From positions 1 to 34,957 of the forward strand of contig JAZDLM010000006.1 in the NCBI GenBank assembly GCA_043801895.1: 34,957 bases of DNA, written 5' to 3'. Source of the DNA: a bacterium. GTDB taxonomy: Bacteria > Patescibacteriota > Kazan-3B-28. Positions 1 through 9,977 of this stretch are shown in pieces. The notes beneath the pieces are model-generated. The model saw nothing but the letters and a program-made list of their open reading frames with translations, was not told the origin of the DNA and made no database searches. The stretch's first letter is position 1. Each line of letters starts with the position of its first letter. Both the position numbers and the translations under genes were made by a program.

Positions 1-939
1 ATTATTGCCATGTGTTCCTGGCCGGATTTTGATCCCAATAACTATGCTACGGTCAAAAGTGTGGGAACTTTTTTGAATCCGGCGGTCAGCCGGCAATATG
101 AGCCTGGTTCGGTTTTCAAAACCATGACCATGGCCGCCGCCTTAGACCAGCAGAAAGTCACCCCCAGCACTACCTATACCGATATCGGCGAAGTGCAGGT
201 GAACGATCGGACGATCCGCAACTCTGACCTGACGGCCCATGGCCAGCAAACCATGACCGAAGTGCTTGAAAAATCGCTCAACACCGGCGCGGTATTTGTA
301 GTGCAGAAACTGGGCAAAAATCTATTCAATAAATATTTGGACAAATTCGGTTTTACTAAACCGACCGGTATTGAATTGGATGGCGAAACTTCGGCCCAAA
401 TTAAGAATGTCCGCCAGTGGGCGGATGTCGATCTGGCCACAATGGCCTTCGGCCAAGGTATTGCGGTCACCCCAATCCAGATACTAACTGCTTTCGGCGC
501 CATTGCTAACGGCGGCCGCTTAATGCAACCACATGTGGTAGACAAGATTCTGTATCCCTCCGGCGCGGTATCGATTAACCCAGTGGTGACTAACGAACAA
601 GTGGTTTCGCCGCAGACAGCCGAGTTGGTATCAGCGATGATGGTTAATGTAGTTGAGCGCGGACATGGTAAGCAGGCGGCCGTGCCAGGATATCGCATCG
701 CCGGCAAAACAGGGACTGCTCAGATCCCTAATCCAAAAACCGGTGGTTATTACGAAGGCTGGGGTCAGACGATCGGGAACTTTATCGGTTTCGGGCCGGT
801 CGAGGACCCGAAGTTTGTGATGATCACTAGGATTGACCGGCCGAAGGATGTCCAGTTCGCGGAAAGTTCGGCGGCGCCGCTATTTGGGAAAATCGCCAAG
901 TTCTTGTTGGATTATTGGAGAGTGCCCCCGACGAGATAG
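1..939 (+). CDS. ftsI: Penicillin-binding protein transpeptidase domain (FtsI/PBP2-like), 5'-truncated by the window edge
   Basis: The frame is open from base 1 (IIAMCSWPDFDPN...). It has SxxK (GSVFK), an SxN-like motif (RNSD) and KTG (AGKTGTA). It sits at the head of murF-mraY. Confidence 0.85.
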   Translation: MIAMCSWPDFDPNNYATVKSVGTFLNPAVSRQYEPGSVFKTMTMAAALDQQKVTPSTTYTDIGEVQVNDRTIRNSDLTAHGQQTMTEVLEKSLNTGAVFVVQKLGKNLFNKYLDKFGFTKPTGIELDGETSAQIKNVRQWADVDLATMAFGQGIAVTPIQILTAFGAIANGGRLMQPHVVDKILYPSGAVSINPVVTNEQVVSPQTAELVSAMMVNVVERGHGKQAAVPGYRIAGKTGTAQIPNPKTGGYYEGWGQTIGNFIGFGPVEDPKFVMITRIDRPKDVQFAESSAAPLFGKIAKFLLDYWRVPPTR

Positions 940-1030
940 TCGATGACACTTACTTGTCAGCGCCAGTTTTTAGATAAATCGCTGTCCCAGGGCGCCTTTT
1001 TCGTGTTATGATAGCTCCAGCGAGGAGTAT

Positions 1031-2302
1031 ATGAAGAGACTGGTCTCCAGATTAATATTGGGGCTACTAGCTCGGCTAGCCTGCCAGGTGGCGCGGCGGG
1101 GCCGGATTAAGCTGGTCGGCATCACCGGCAGCGTCGGAAAAACCACCGCGAAAGAGGCGATTGCCCAAGTGCTGGGCGGGGTGTTTCGGGTGGCTAAAAC
1201 CCCAAAGAACGCGAATACCGAGTGGGGAGTAATGGCGGTGGTGATCAATCCTGGTTTCCGTCCGGTGTTTACGGCTGACGGTCGGGCCAAGATAACATTT
1301 GGGATGGCCTTGGGATTGATCGCTCGCGGCCTGTGGCAACTGGTCTGCCCGCATCGGCGCGAGGATGTTTTGGTACTCGAGCTAGCCGCTGACAGACCCG
1401 GCGACATCAAGTTTTTCAACCAATTTCTCGCCTACGATGTAGTAGCGATCACCAATATCGGTCAGGTGCATTTAGAGTTTTATGATAATTGGGAGCAGCT
1501 GCGCGATGAGAAGCTGTCATTGATCGATGGGGTAAAGAGCGGCGGGCTGGTGATTGTCAATCAACAACTTAGACAATATGTTGATACAGAAAGATTGAAT
1601 TATCGACTGTTGCGCTGCCAAACCTTTGGGCAAACTGATGCCGATATGATAGGCCGCGATTTTGAGCTGAGCGAGGGCACAGCGTCCTATACTATCGCGA
1701 CCCCGGCGGGTGATATACGGATTGTCGCGCCGCATAATCGGCAGATGTGGCTGGCGGCGCCGATCGCAGCCTTAGTCGGGATTGAGTTTGGTTTGCATCT
1801 CGACCAGATCACTAAGCGACTGACGAGTTGGGTAGTGCCGGAGGGCAGATTCGCCGTGCAGCCATTAGCACGGGGAGTTGTGCTGATCAACGATGCCTAT
1901 AACGCCAACCCGGACTCGATGCGAGTGGCGCTCCAGGGGCTACAGGATATTGCGGCCGGTCGAGGCCGGCGAGTAGCGATCCTGGGCGGGATGCGTGAAT
2001 TAGGCTCGGCACACGAGGCGGCCCATTTAGAATTAGGCCGATCAGTCCCGCATTTGGCCGATGTGCTGATCGCGGTCGGGCAGGAGGGGGAATTGATCAG
2101 CGAAGGGGCAAAGCTGGCGGGGATGCCAAGTGAGCGGATCTATGAAATCGGTTGGCCCGCTACCGCTACTTCTGTTGAAGCAGCCGCACGAGCGGATGAT
2201 TTTTATGGCCTTTTGCAGGATAATGACACTGTTTTAGTAAAAGCCTCAAATGCGATTGGTTTAAGTGGAGTAGCCGAGGCACTTAAACAGAGATTGAATT
2301 AA
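1031..2302 (+). CDS. murF: UDP-N-acetylmuramoyl-tripeptide--D-alanyl-D-alanine ligase
   Basis: Mur-ligase P-loop GITGSVGKTT and C-terminal NDAYNANPDSM motif. It lies between ftsI and mraY. Confidence 0.85.
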   Translation: MKRLVSRLILGLLARLACQVARRGRIKLVGITGSVGKTTAKEAIAQVLGGVFRVAKTPKNANTEWGVMAVVINPGFRPVFTADGRAKITFGMALGLIARGLWQLVCPHRREDVLVLELAADRPGDIKFFNQFLAYDVVAITNIGQVHLEFYDNWEQLRDEKLSLIDGVKSGGLVIVNQQLRQYVDTERLNYRLLRCQTFGQTDADMIGRDFELSEGTASYTIATPAGDIRIVAPHNRQMWLAAPIAALVGIEFGLHLDQITKRLTSWVVPEGRFAVQPLARGVVLINDAYNANPDSMRVALQGLQDIAAGRGRRVAILGGMRELGSAHEAAHLELGRSVPHLADVLIAVGQEGELISEGAKLAGMPSERIYEIGWPATATSVEAAARADDFYGLLQDNDTVLVKASNAIGLSGVAEALKQRLN

Positions 2303-3333
2303 TGGAAGAAGCGATCCTACAAGCTAATCTACTGCGGCTGTTCTTATTGGCGGCGATGGGTTTTTTTGTGGCGATCATTGCGACTCCGTTCTGGGCCAAC
2401 TTTTTGTACAAATTTAAGTTCTGGAAACGGCAAAAAGAGGAAACTATTTACGGCACGCAAGCAACTGTCTTTCAGCAGCTTCACACGGAAAAGCATAGGC
2501 GTAATATTCCCACAATGGCCGGGGTATTATTTTGGGCGATCGTTCTAGTTCTATCCGCCCAATTTAATCTCACCCGATCGCAGACTTTTCTGCCGCTGTT
2601 TTCATTGTTCACGGTCGGGGTGATCGGCGCAATTGACGATTGGTTCAATATCCGCGGGATTGGCAAGATTAAGGGGATCCGCGCCCGTCAAAAAATGGCC
2701 TGGCTACTAGTTATCGCTGGCTTGGGAGCATGGTGGTTTTTTGCGAAATTAGGCTACAACAGCTTGCATTTGCCCGGAGTAGGCGACTTCTTTGTGGGCT
2801 GGTGGTTTATTCCCATTTTCATTTTTGTCATCATTGCGGCGGCCAACGCGTTCAACATCACCGATGGGCTCGATGGATTATCTGGCGGGTTGTTCGCTAT
2901 TGCCTATGGTGCTTACGCGATTTTGGCCTTGGCCGGTAATCAGGTGAGTTTGGCAATTTTCTGCGCCACAGTAGTGGGGGTATTACTGGCCTATCTTTGG
3001 TTTAATGTTTACCCGGCCAGGTTTTTTGGTGGCGATACTTATTCGCTGGCTTTCGGTGCCACGCTAGGAGTGGTAGCGGCTTTGATTAACGACGGAGTGG
3101 GGATTATCGTGCTTCCGTTGATAGCCTTTGTCCCTCTGCTCGAAACTTTATCGGTGGTTCTGCAGTTAACTTATCGCAAGATCTATAAGCGCAAACTGTT
3201 TTTGATCGCGCCGATCCACCATCATTTTGAAGCGATCGGCTGGCCGGAAACCAAAGTCACCATGCGGTTTTGGATCATTGGGATGGTGTTTGCGGTGTTA
3301 GGGGTGGTGATTGGGATGGTGGGGGCGGGTTAA
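2302..3333 (+). CDS. mraY: Phospho-N-acetylmuramoyl-pentapeptide transferase
   Basis: NITDGLDGLSGG and PIHHHFE motifs in a polytopic membrane protein. Its start overlaps the murF stop (TAATG). Confidence 0.95.
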   Translation: MEEAILQANLLRLFLLAAMGFFVAIIATPFWANFLYKFKFWKRQKEETIYGTQATVFQQLHTEKHRRNIPTMAGVLFWAIVLVLSAQFNLTRSQTFLPLFSLFTVGVIGAIDDWFNIRGIGKIKGIRARQKMAWLLVIAGLGAWWFFAKLGYNSLHLPGVGDFFVGWWFIPIFIFVIIAAANAFNITDGLDGLSGGLFAIAYGAYAILALAGNQVSLAIFCATVVGVLLAYLWFNVYPARFFGGDTYSLAFGATLGVVAALINDGVGIIVLPLIAFVPLLETLSVVLQLTYRKIYKRKLFLIAPIHHHFEAIGWPETKVTMRFWIIGMVFAVLGVVIGMVGAG

Positions 3334-3351
3334 ATATTAATCTGACAATTT

Positions 3352-5145
3352 GTGATCAAAGAACTGAAACGAATTCTGGCTGAATCGAAGCCGATGTATC
3401 CGGCGTTGTTGGTGATTTTGGTGTTGTCGCTGATCGAGGTGGCGTTAACCATGATATCACCGTGGTTTTATCGTGAATTAGTTAATTTCCTGACTACTCA
3501 AACCCTGAGCCCGATCTTCGCGCGGCTGATCGACATTAATCAGGGGCAGGTTCATGTATTAGTCTGGTTGGTAATTTATTTCTTGCTTAACTCTTCGGTG
3601 CGCGATTTGGTTAATTGGGTAAGCTACTACCTTGAAGGAGTAACCGGCAGCCGATCTTATTTATATTTTGCCTACCGGTCGTTGCAGCGAGTCCATCAAT
3701 TCTCGGTGAGCTATTTTGAGAAAATCTCGCCAGGATGGCTGAGAGAGCGGATATTCGATGGCGTGCGGGGTATATACGGCATACTCCAATCTGTCATCGT
3801 TGACATCTTGCCGCCGGTGCTGACATTCGCGATCGCCAGCGTTATCATTTTCCGATTCAACGCTTGGCTGGCGGCAGCGTTTTGGATAGTTGCTCCGATT
3901 TATGTGGGGATAACAATATGGCGCGCGCGAGTGATGCGATTTTGGCAAAACAAGATTCGCAATCAGAATGAAAAAGCCGGCCGGACTTTCATGGATAACC
4001 TAAACTACTTTCAGTTGGTCAAGGAATTCAGCCGAGAAGACTTCGAGCAAGAACGACACAACAAGATCCAGGGCAGGATATTTGGTCTTACCAAGCGCAA
4101 AGAGATATTTTTACGGATTAGCGGCTTTGGTCGCGAATTGATCTATGGATTGGGGTTCGCCTGGGTATATGGCTACGGCGGTTATCTGGTTCTGACCCAA
4201 CAATTATCGGTGGGCGATCTGGTGCTATTTGTGTCGTATCTGAATTTGGTGATGATGCCGCTGGGTCGGGTAATGGGTATCTACGACTCCATAGCGCTCG
4301 AGCTTGTCTCGGTCCGTCGGCTATTCGGGATATGGGATATAAAAGATAATGTGACAGACGCGCCTGATGCGGCTCCGCTCAAAGTAACGGTGGGTGCGGT
4401 GCGCCTGCGCAATGTTAGTTTTAGCTATCCAGCTACCAAAAAACAGAAGGGCGACAGACTAGTGTTTCGCAACATCAATCTCGATATTAAACCCAAAGAG
4501 ATCGTAGCCGTTGTTGGCCCCTCGGGGGCGGGTAAATCTACTCTGGTGAAACTGATATTGCGCTTCTACGATCCGACCAAGGGGAAGATCTCGATTGACG
4601 GTCAGGATATCCGCCAAGTCACCCAGAAGTCGCTGCGTCAACAGGTTGCGACAGTGATGCAAGACGTATCCGTGTTCAATGGATCGGTGAAATACAATTT
4701 GAAATATGGGCGGCCGAATATTACCGATCGCGAATTGACCCAGGCGACTAAAGTGGCTAATTTGTACGATTTTATCATGTCATTGCGGCGAAAGTTTCGC
4801 ACTCAGATCGGCGAGCGGGGGGTGAAACTATCTGGCGGGGAGAGACAAAGACTAGCGATCGCTCGGGCGTTAATTAAAGACGCTCCGATCCTAGTGATGG
4901 ACGAAGCTACCTCCGCGCTGGATAGCGAGAACGAGAAAAAAATTCAGGATGCGATGTGGCAGTTGATTCAAGGGCGAACTACATTGATCATTGCCCATAG
5001 GCTTTCAACGGTGAAACGAGCCGATCGGATCATCGTGTTGGATAAAGGTCGGATCGTTGAGCAGGGGACCCACAAATCATTAATGCGGCGGAGCGGCTAT
5101 TATCAACGGCTATTCAAGATGCAGGGTGATCTGCTGGTGAAATAA
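3352..5145 (+). CDS. ABC exporter, fused permease/ATPase (MsbA-like)
   Basis: N-terminal multi-TM domain; Walker A GPSGAGKST; signature LSGGERQR; Walker B ILVMDEATSALD; H-loop IIAHRL. GTG start. Confidence 0.9.
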   Translation: MIKELKRILAESKPMYPALLVILVLSLIEVALTMISPWFYRELVNFLTTQTLSPIFARLIDINQGQVHVLVWLVIYFLLNSSVRDLVNWVSYYLEGVTGSRSYLYFAYRSLQRVHQFSVSYFEKISPGWLRERIFDGVRGIYGILQSVIVDILPPVLTFAIASVIIFRFNAWLAAAFWIVAPIYVGITIWRARVMRFWQNKIRNQNEKAGRTFMDNLNYFQLVKEFSREDFEQERHNKIQGRIFGLTKRKEIFLRISGFGRELIYGLGFAWVYGYGGYLVLTQQLSVGDLVLFVSYLNLVMMPLGRVMGIYDSIALELVSVRRLFGIWDIKDNVTDAPDAAPLKVTVGAVRLRNVSFSYPATKKQKGDRLVFRNINLDIKPKEIVAVVGPSGAGKSTLVKLILRFYDPTKGKISIDGQDIRQVTQKSLRQQVATVMQDVSVFNGSVKYNLKYGRPNITDRELTQATKVANLYDFIMSLRRKFRTQIGERGVKLSGGERQRLAIARALIKDAPILVMDEATSALDSENEKKIQDAMWQLIQGRTTLIIAHRLSTVKRADRIIVLDKGRIVEQGTHKSLMRRSGYYQRLFKMQGDLLVK

Positions 5146-5224
5146 TCACGCCGGTTGACCCTTGCCGAGTCAGGCCCTACACTACGGGCAGTTTCGTAAT
5201 GTTCATTGAAGCGGTGGGTGAGCT

Positions 5225-5722
5225 ATGCTCAGATGGACGCGATTGGTGCTCGGTGCCTTAGATACGGGGGTGCGGATAGTGCTGACAGTCGGCTTCCTGC
5301 TCGTGGCGCTGGTCATCGTAGCGCCGCCGGCTCTGTTGATCCTCCTGTTCCTAGCAATTCGGTGGGCCGGTCGGCGGTTAATTGGTCGGCTGCGGGCGGC
5401 TTGGTCGGAACGGGTGGGCTGGTGGCATAAATACGCTGATAGCTGCAAGCTAGCTCGAACTACCGCCGCTGCCCCAAGGGTGGGAGACGGAAGCTTCGCG
5501 GTATATCAACATTTACTATCGGGCGACTGGTGTGTCGTTATCGAGGGGTGCGATTACAAAATTGTATCGCAAACCCTAGGCGATTTCGGCCATACGCTCG
5601 TCCAGTGGACCAGCCTCTTTACGATGGATTGCAAGTGCATCCCAAATGGCACCAACCTGGTGATCGACGAACGGGACTATAGTCCATTCCGGGACTATAA
5701 ATCCCCCAGCTCGGCTGAATAA
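5225..5722 (+). CDS. Hypothetical membrane protein
   Basis: 165-aa ORF with N-terminal hydrophobic helices. It is followed by a terminator whose loop contains the stop codon. I recognise no family. Confidence 0.5.
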   Translation: MLRWTRLVLGALDTGVRIVLTVGFLLVALVIVAPPALLILLFLAIRWAGRRLIGRLRAAWSERVGWWHKYADSCKLARTTAAAPRVGDGSFAVYQHLLSGDWCVVIEGCDYKIVSQTLGDFGHTLVQWTSLFTMDCKCIPNGTNLVIDERDYSPFRDYKSPSSAE

Positions 5723-5738
5723 GTCGAGCTTTTTTTAT
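5708..5738 (+). terminator. Rho-independent terminator
   Basis: AGCTCG/CGAGCT stem followed by TTTTTTT. Confidence 0.6.
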
Positions 5739-5745
5739 TCCCCCC

Positions 5746-5774
5746 TTGACCGGCGCGAGCAGCTGTGTTAGAGT
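5746..5774 (+). promoter_or_regulatory. Sigma70-like promoter
   Basis: TTGACC-17 nt-TAGAGT, immediately after the terminator. Confidence 0.4.
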
Positions 5775-5855
5775 TGTCAGGCGTTCGAAAGCACGCAATG
5801 CAGTACCTTCTACTGCACATAGGTGCAGCTAATTCGATGGCAGGAGAAATCCATC

Positions 5856-6191
5856 ATGCAACTGACTTTTGTTGTCCCCTCGATGATTATCACCTGGAAG
5901 GGAGGTGGGCACGCGAATGAGCCCTATGTCGCAACTATTCAGGACCCTGACTGGTTTGGCTCCGACCGGCCTCATCAGGTTTATCTTAATGGGGCAGAGC
6001 GCCAGGTTCTTGAACAGGAAATCCCCGATCGGCGGACTGGGGTGGCTCGCTCGTTCGTGATCAGCGACCAGCATCCTGATCTGCTGACCATCAACCGGCT
6101 TGTGCAGAAGGGTCTTCTGCGGCAAACTGAAGAAGAGGTGGCTAGCCCGGCCGGTCGTCAGCTAACATTAGCTAGCCCGATTGCTGCTTAG
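5856..6191 (+). CDS. Hypothetical protein
   Basis: ATG at 5856 is preceded by AGGAGA. The track ORF starts at GTG 5823. No recognisable motifs. Confidence 0.5.
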   Translation: MQLTFVVPSMIITWKGGGHANEPYVATIQDPDWFGSDRPHQVYLNGAERQVLEQEIPDRRTGVARSFVISDQHPDLLTINRLVQKGLLRQTEEEVASPAGRQLTLASPIAA

Positions 6192-6299
6192 CGATCTACC
6201 GAATAGCCCGTTTATTTCGGGCCCCCGTCGTTCCGGAGAGAAACAAAGTGCAAAGCTTGTAAGCTAAGCGTCATTCTTGAATCTCTGCAGGTAGCCCCT

Positions 6300-6325
6300 A
6301 CCGCCCGGGACGGCGGTTTTTTTAT
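6300..6325 (+). terminator. Rho-independent terminator
   Basis: ACCGCC/GGCGGT stem followed by TTTTTTT. Confidence 0.55.
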
Positions 6326-6355
6326 TTGACAGAGAGCGAATAATTCTCCTATAGT
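6326..6355 (+). promoter_or_regulatory. Sigma70-like promoter
   Basis: TTGACA-18 nt-TATAGT. Confidence 0.5.
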
Positions 6356-6434
6356 GCGGGTATGCTCCCTAGCCTTAGCACCTTAAACTAGGGGTGGGGG
6401 GCGATATCCTCAATACTTTCCAAGGGAGACAAGC

Positions 6435-7163
6435 ATGCGACACGCATTGTTTGCTCTGATCGGATTACTGCTTACAGCTGTTTTCTCGGCACCGGCGTTC
6501 GCTCTTGACAAGGGCGTCAAAGCCCTGGTGGCGGACCAGACCGGCCAGGTCTGCGTGGACTACGCGGTTTGTTGTTCGACCTGGGGCCAGGCGACCTACT
6601 CTTACAAGTACGATCTTGGTGGATGTGAGCGGCCAGACTGGAGCGGCGTGTGGCTGACCGACTACAACCTGGTCAAGGATGCCAAGTTGATCACGGTCGA
6701 TGGCCATCCGGCGGGACTGATCGCGTTTGGCGACCCGTCGGGGTGTGGTGACACCTGGGCAGCTCTGCTTACGCCGAGCTATGTGCCCACACGGTGTTGC
6801 TACGACAGTTGCCCGCGGCCATGCGGCGGCTCGTGTGCTCACGAGGTAGAAGTACCCCCGGCGGAATTCGGTCGGTTGCCGTATTGCCAGGGGTCGGGTT
6901 TCTACCCGAATACCTGGAGGTGTGGCAACTTCGTGAAATTCGATGTGGTCTGCGTAGAGCCCGGTCACTTCATCACCACTACCGATATGGAATGCGGGGT
7001 GGTGGGCGCGGGAGCGCGGACTAACTGCGGTGGGCTTATTGGCGTGGCGGCATGTTCATGGTCATGCTCGCACTGCGATCACATCAACCGACGCACCGGT
7101 TTCGTGGCGACCAACAAAGACGAGATCATGGCTGCGCTCGACGACTGGTATTTTGGAAGTTAG
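6435..7163 (+). CDS. Secreted cysteine-rich hypothetical protein
   Basis: Signal-peptide-like N-terminus (LLLTAVFSAPAFA). I count about 18 Cys, including CC pairs and SCSHCDH. RBS AAGGGAGA. Confidence 0.6.
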   Translation: MRHALFALIGLLLTAVFSAPAFALDKGVKALVADQTGQVCVDYAVCCSTWGQATYSYKYDLGGCERPDWSGVWLTDYNLVKDAKLITVDGHPAGLIAFGDPSGCGDTWAALLTPSYVPTRCCYDSCPRPCGGSCAHEVEVPPAEFGRLPYCQGSGFYPNTWRCGNFVKFDVVCVEPGHFITTTDMECGVVGAGARTNCGGLIGVAACSWSCSHCDHINRRTGFVATNKDEIMAALDDWYFGS

Positions 7164-7181
7164 CTCTTGAGCTAGTGAGAT

Positions 7182-7213
7182 AGCCGTCCCGGTTGGACCG
7201 GGGCGGCTTTTTG
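7182..7213 (+). terminator. Rho-independent terminator
   Basis: AGCCGTCCCGGT/ACCGGGGCGGCT stem with one G.U, followed by TTTTT. Confidence 0.7.
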
Positions 7214-7279
7214 ATTGCCAGAAGCCAACTTTCGTGATATGCCAGAGGTAGACTCATACCACTTAATTGATAGGAATAT

Positions 7280-8410
7280 ATGAAAGGCTTTTATTTGCTG
7301 GTCGGGCTGCTGCTCGTGGTGGGGGTAGCCTATGCTAGCTATAACTACGGCGCGAATTGGCAGCTCACCCCGCGTAACACCGCCGATCAAAACACGATTT
7401 TGCCGTACGCCAATCAGCTGAATAACAATGCGGTCACCAACAATACCGCCACTAACTCCACTATCGACACTAGCGAGTCGACCTATACTGGTGACAATTT
7501 TGTCACTGTTACTTCGCCGAAAAACGGAGCGATTATCAGTATTGCTAGTGAGGAATCGACATTTGACATCAAGGGAGCTATATCGCCCAACGCTAATAAG
7601 ATACTCGTCTCGGCTTACATGTACGGCTATTACGGCCCGGAAGGATTAGATGGATCGGCTAGCTATAAGCTGATCAACGAATACACACTCCAGCAATTTA
7701 AGCCTGGTGATACAAAATGGACTTATCATGTTTCACCTAAATACGAGAACTTGTATATGGGCGCTCACGGCAGCAAATATATTGCTCAGGCTTACTTTAA
7801 TGATGGCAGCATCGAGAAAGCTTCCGTTGAGCTGAGTTTCAACTTCGAGGGTTTGGCCGAGATGGGCAAACCGGTGATTTATTTGTATCCCACCCAGACC
7901 CAAGCCGTAAAGGTTAATGTCCAGCCAGTCTCCGGGATTTCGGCTAGCGAGCCAGGTATTGGCATGAACGGCTGGGAGGTGACCGCGTCGCCCGACGGCA
8001 GTTTGCTGACCTCCGATGGGGAAGTTTGGCCGTATCTGTTCTGGGAGGGTTTCGCCGCTAATTTCGCCACCCCCAAAGAAGGGTTTGTGCTAGCGGCAAA
8101 CGAGGTGGGGAGATTCTTTGACGATAAGTTGTCGGTGCTAGGTCTCAACGCCAAGGAGATCGCTGACTTCAAGGAATTCTGGGTGCCGCGAATGCAGGCT
8201 AAGCCGTACTATTTCATTACCTTTGTAGCGCAGTCCGACTTTGATCGCTACGCGCCGTTGACGGTTAGCCCTCAGCCTCAAACTGTAATCCGGGTATTCT
8301 TCGACTATAGGGGGCTTGATCGGCCGATCCAAGCAGCCCCACAAACACTCCGGCCAGCGCCTGCTAGAGATGGGTTCACGGTAATTGAATGGGGTGGTCG
8401 GATCCGGTAA
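7280..8410 (+). CDS. Secreted or membrane-anchored hypothetical protein
   Basis: N-terminal hydrophobic helix, an Asn/Thr-rich linker, then a globular C-terminal part. No family recognised. Confidence 0.65.
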   Translation: MKGFYLLVGLLLVVGVAYASYNYGANWQLTPRNTADQNTILPYANQLNNNAVTNNTATNSTIDTSESTYTGDNFVTVTSPKNGAIISIASEESTFDIKGAISPNANKILVSAYMYGYYGPEGLDGSASYKLINEYTLQQFKPGDTKWTYHVSPKYENLYMGAHGSKYIAQAYFNDGSIEKASVELSFNFEGLAEMGKPVIYLYPTQTQAVKVNVQPVSGISASEPGIGMNGWEVTASPDGSLLTSDGEVWPYLFWEGFAANFATPKEGFVLAANEVGRFFDDKLSVLGLNAKEIADFKEFWVPRMQAKPYYFITFVAQSDFDRYAPLTVSPQPQTVIRVFFDYRGLDRPIQAAPQTLRPAPARDGFTVIEWGGRIR

Positions 8411-9272
8411 TCAACTAAATAATAATCGGCGAGCGATCCTGCTATTGGCAGGGTTGCTCGCTGCGGCAATGGCCGGCGGCCGCGAAGCCCGATCGACAAT
8501 TCCGATATATCCATACACTAGCGCATCGTGGCGCTGGGTATTTGAACAATCCGGAGAATACAAAATTAGTAATGCGCCTAAAACGGTGATCGCTCCGCAT
8601 GACATTGCTTCGTACGCCGAATTAATGAAGTTTTATAACGGTCTGGGACGAGTGGTACAGCCGGAGGTGGTGGCGATCATTGGTCCCAATCACCGCGACA
8701 CCGGGACGGCGACCATTCAAACCACCCGCTCGGGTTTTGCCACCACCAACGGGATATTGGCGGTCAACCAAGCTTTGGCGCGACGGATGGTGCGCGATGG
8801 AGTTGCCCGTGATACTGCCGACACATTTATCAACGAGCACGCCTTTACCATCGAGGCCGAATATATTCAGCAAGTTTTCCCGCAATCTCAGATCTTGCCG
8901 TTGGCAATTCGCAGCGACGCTACCGCGCAAGATGCTGATGGACTGGCGGGGTGGTTAGCACAAAACTTACCCACCAATAGTTTGGTGATCGGCAGTTTGG
9001 ATTTCTCGCATTATCTAACCAAAGCCCGAGCGGATATTAATGATGCCAAAACGCTACGAGCGATGCGAACTGGGGAGATCGACCAGTTGCCGCAAATTGA
9101 TAGTGCTTGTGAGTTTGTTGATTCCCCGATAGGATTGCGCATACTGCTGCGCTACGCCCAGATTAAATCGGCGGACGATTTGGTGGTTGTTCGCCACGAT
9201 AATTCAGCCGATATCTGGCACCAACCTAATTCAACCTCGACCACCGGGCATTTTTATCTGGCCTGGTCTTGA
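8385..9272 (+). CDS. Memo-like protein (AmmeMemoRadiSam system protein B family)
   Basis: By eye: VIAPHD, IIGPNHR, NEHAFTIEAEYIQ and SLDFSHY resemble the Memo-family His/Asp motifs. The TTG start overlaps the upstream gene, so the start is uncertain. Confidence 0.55.
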   Translation: MNGVVGSGNQLNNNRRAILLLAGLLAAAMAGGREARSTIPIYPYTSASWRWVFEQSGEYKISNAPKTVIAPHDIASYAELMKFYNGLGRVVQPEVVAIIGPNHRDTGTATIQTTRSGFATTNGILAVNQALARRMVRDGVARDTADTFINEHAFTIEAEYIQQVFPQSQILPLAIRSDATAQDADGLAGWLAQNLPTNSLVIGSLDFSHYLTKARADINDAKTLRAMRTGEIDQLPQIDSACEFVDSPIGLRILLRYAQIKSADDLVVVRHDNSADIWHQPNSTSTTGHFYLAWS

Positions 9273-9326
9273 GCCGATCGTGGTACATTGAAAAGCCGTG
9301 GTAATCGCACCTTAGGAAGGCCTCTG

Positions 9327-9854
9327 ATGATTGAGCCTCGCAACAATACACTGCTTTCTCACCTGATGGTATTGCCCCTCAATATGCCGACCGGGTCTCG
9401 GCTAATCGGTGCTCAAGTTGAGGTTGGCTCGTCGAGCTATAATCCGGTAACGCTATATGGTTGGAAAGAGCTGACTGGCACGGGCGTCATCTTGCAGGTT
9501 AAGGCGAAAGGCTGCCCAGTAGCCATTCGATCACTGTTCGGTGAGATTAGCAAGGGGCTAAAAACCTCTGGCAGGGTTCAAGTCTATATCACCTGGGAAG
9601 AACGAGCCAAACGGCATCCTCTTGACTGCCATGGCAATTGTGCTGACTGCGAGCATGGTGGGGGCACGGTGTCTCGGGTGTTGCATAAATGGGGGATGGC
9701 ACTAGACCGGAATAACCTACTTGACAACAAGGGGCTAGCCTGGACGATTGCTGAAGAGTTGTATCGGCAAATCTGTCCAGAAGCCAAAGCCTACGGTCTG
9801 ATGTTCCCGGTTTGCTGCGCCCAGTGGCCGGTAAATCACGCCTCGCTAAGATAA
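9327..9854 (+). CDS. Hypothetical protein with a CX3CX2C motif
   Basis: ATG 9327 is preceded by AGGAAGG. The track ORF begins at TTG 9288. Contains DCHGNCADCEHGG. Confidence 0.5.
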   Translation: MIEPRNNTLLSHLMVLPLNMPTGSRLIGAQVEVGSSSYNPVTLYGWKELTGTGVILQVKAKGCPVAIRSLFGEISKGLKTSGRVQVYITWEERAKRHPLDCHGNCADCEHGGGTVSRVLHKWGMALDRNNLLDNKGLAWTIAEELYRQICPEAKAYGLMFPVCCAQWPVNHASLR

Positions 9855-9868
9855 GCGGGGCTTTTTTA
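9840..9868 (+). terminator. Rho-independent terminator
   Basis: GCCTCGC/GCGGGGC stem with one G.U, followed by TTTTTT. Confidence 0.55.
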
Positions 9869-9977
9869 TTGTTTCAGAGCCAGCTTATCTAGTCCGCCCT
9901 TTTTCTTATTGTGGTTTATTGATTTTCTGCTATTGTAGATTGGTCGACCTCGCGGAGAATAATTTTTAAGGAAAGTC

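Noticed and set aside
174-707. Long antisense or alternative-frame ORFs inside well-supported genes (for example 174-707, 1006-1419, 15503-15904, 22971-23483, 27222-27605, 31987-32535, 34139-34546)
   Set aside because: They lie within or opposite genes that have clear family motifs. They are typical shadow ORFs of moderately GC-rich coding DNA.
9327-9854. Calling the CX3CX2C protein a radical SAM enzyme
   Set aside because: It is far too short and the motif is mid-protein rather than N-terminal. Only the motif and its neighbourhood are reported, as a low-interest observation.
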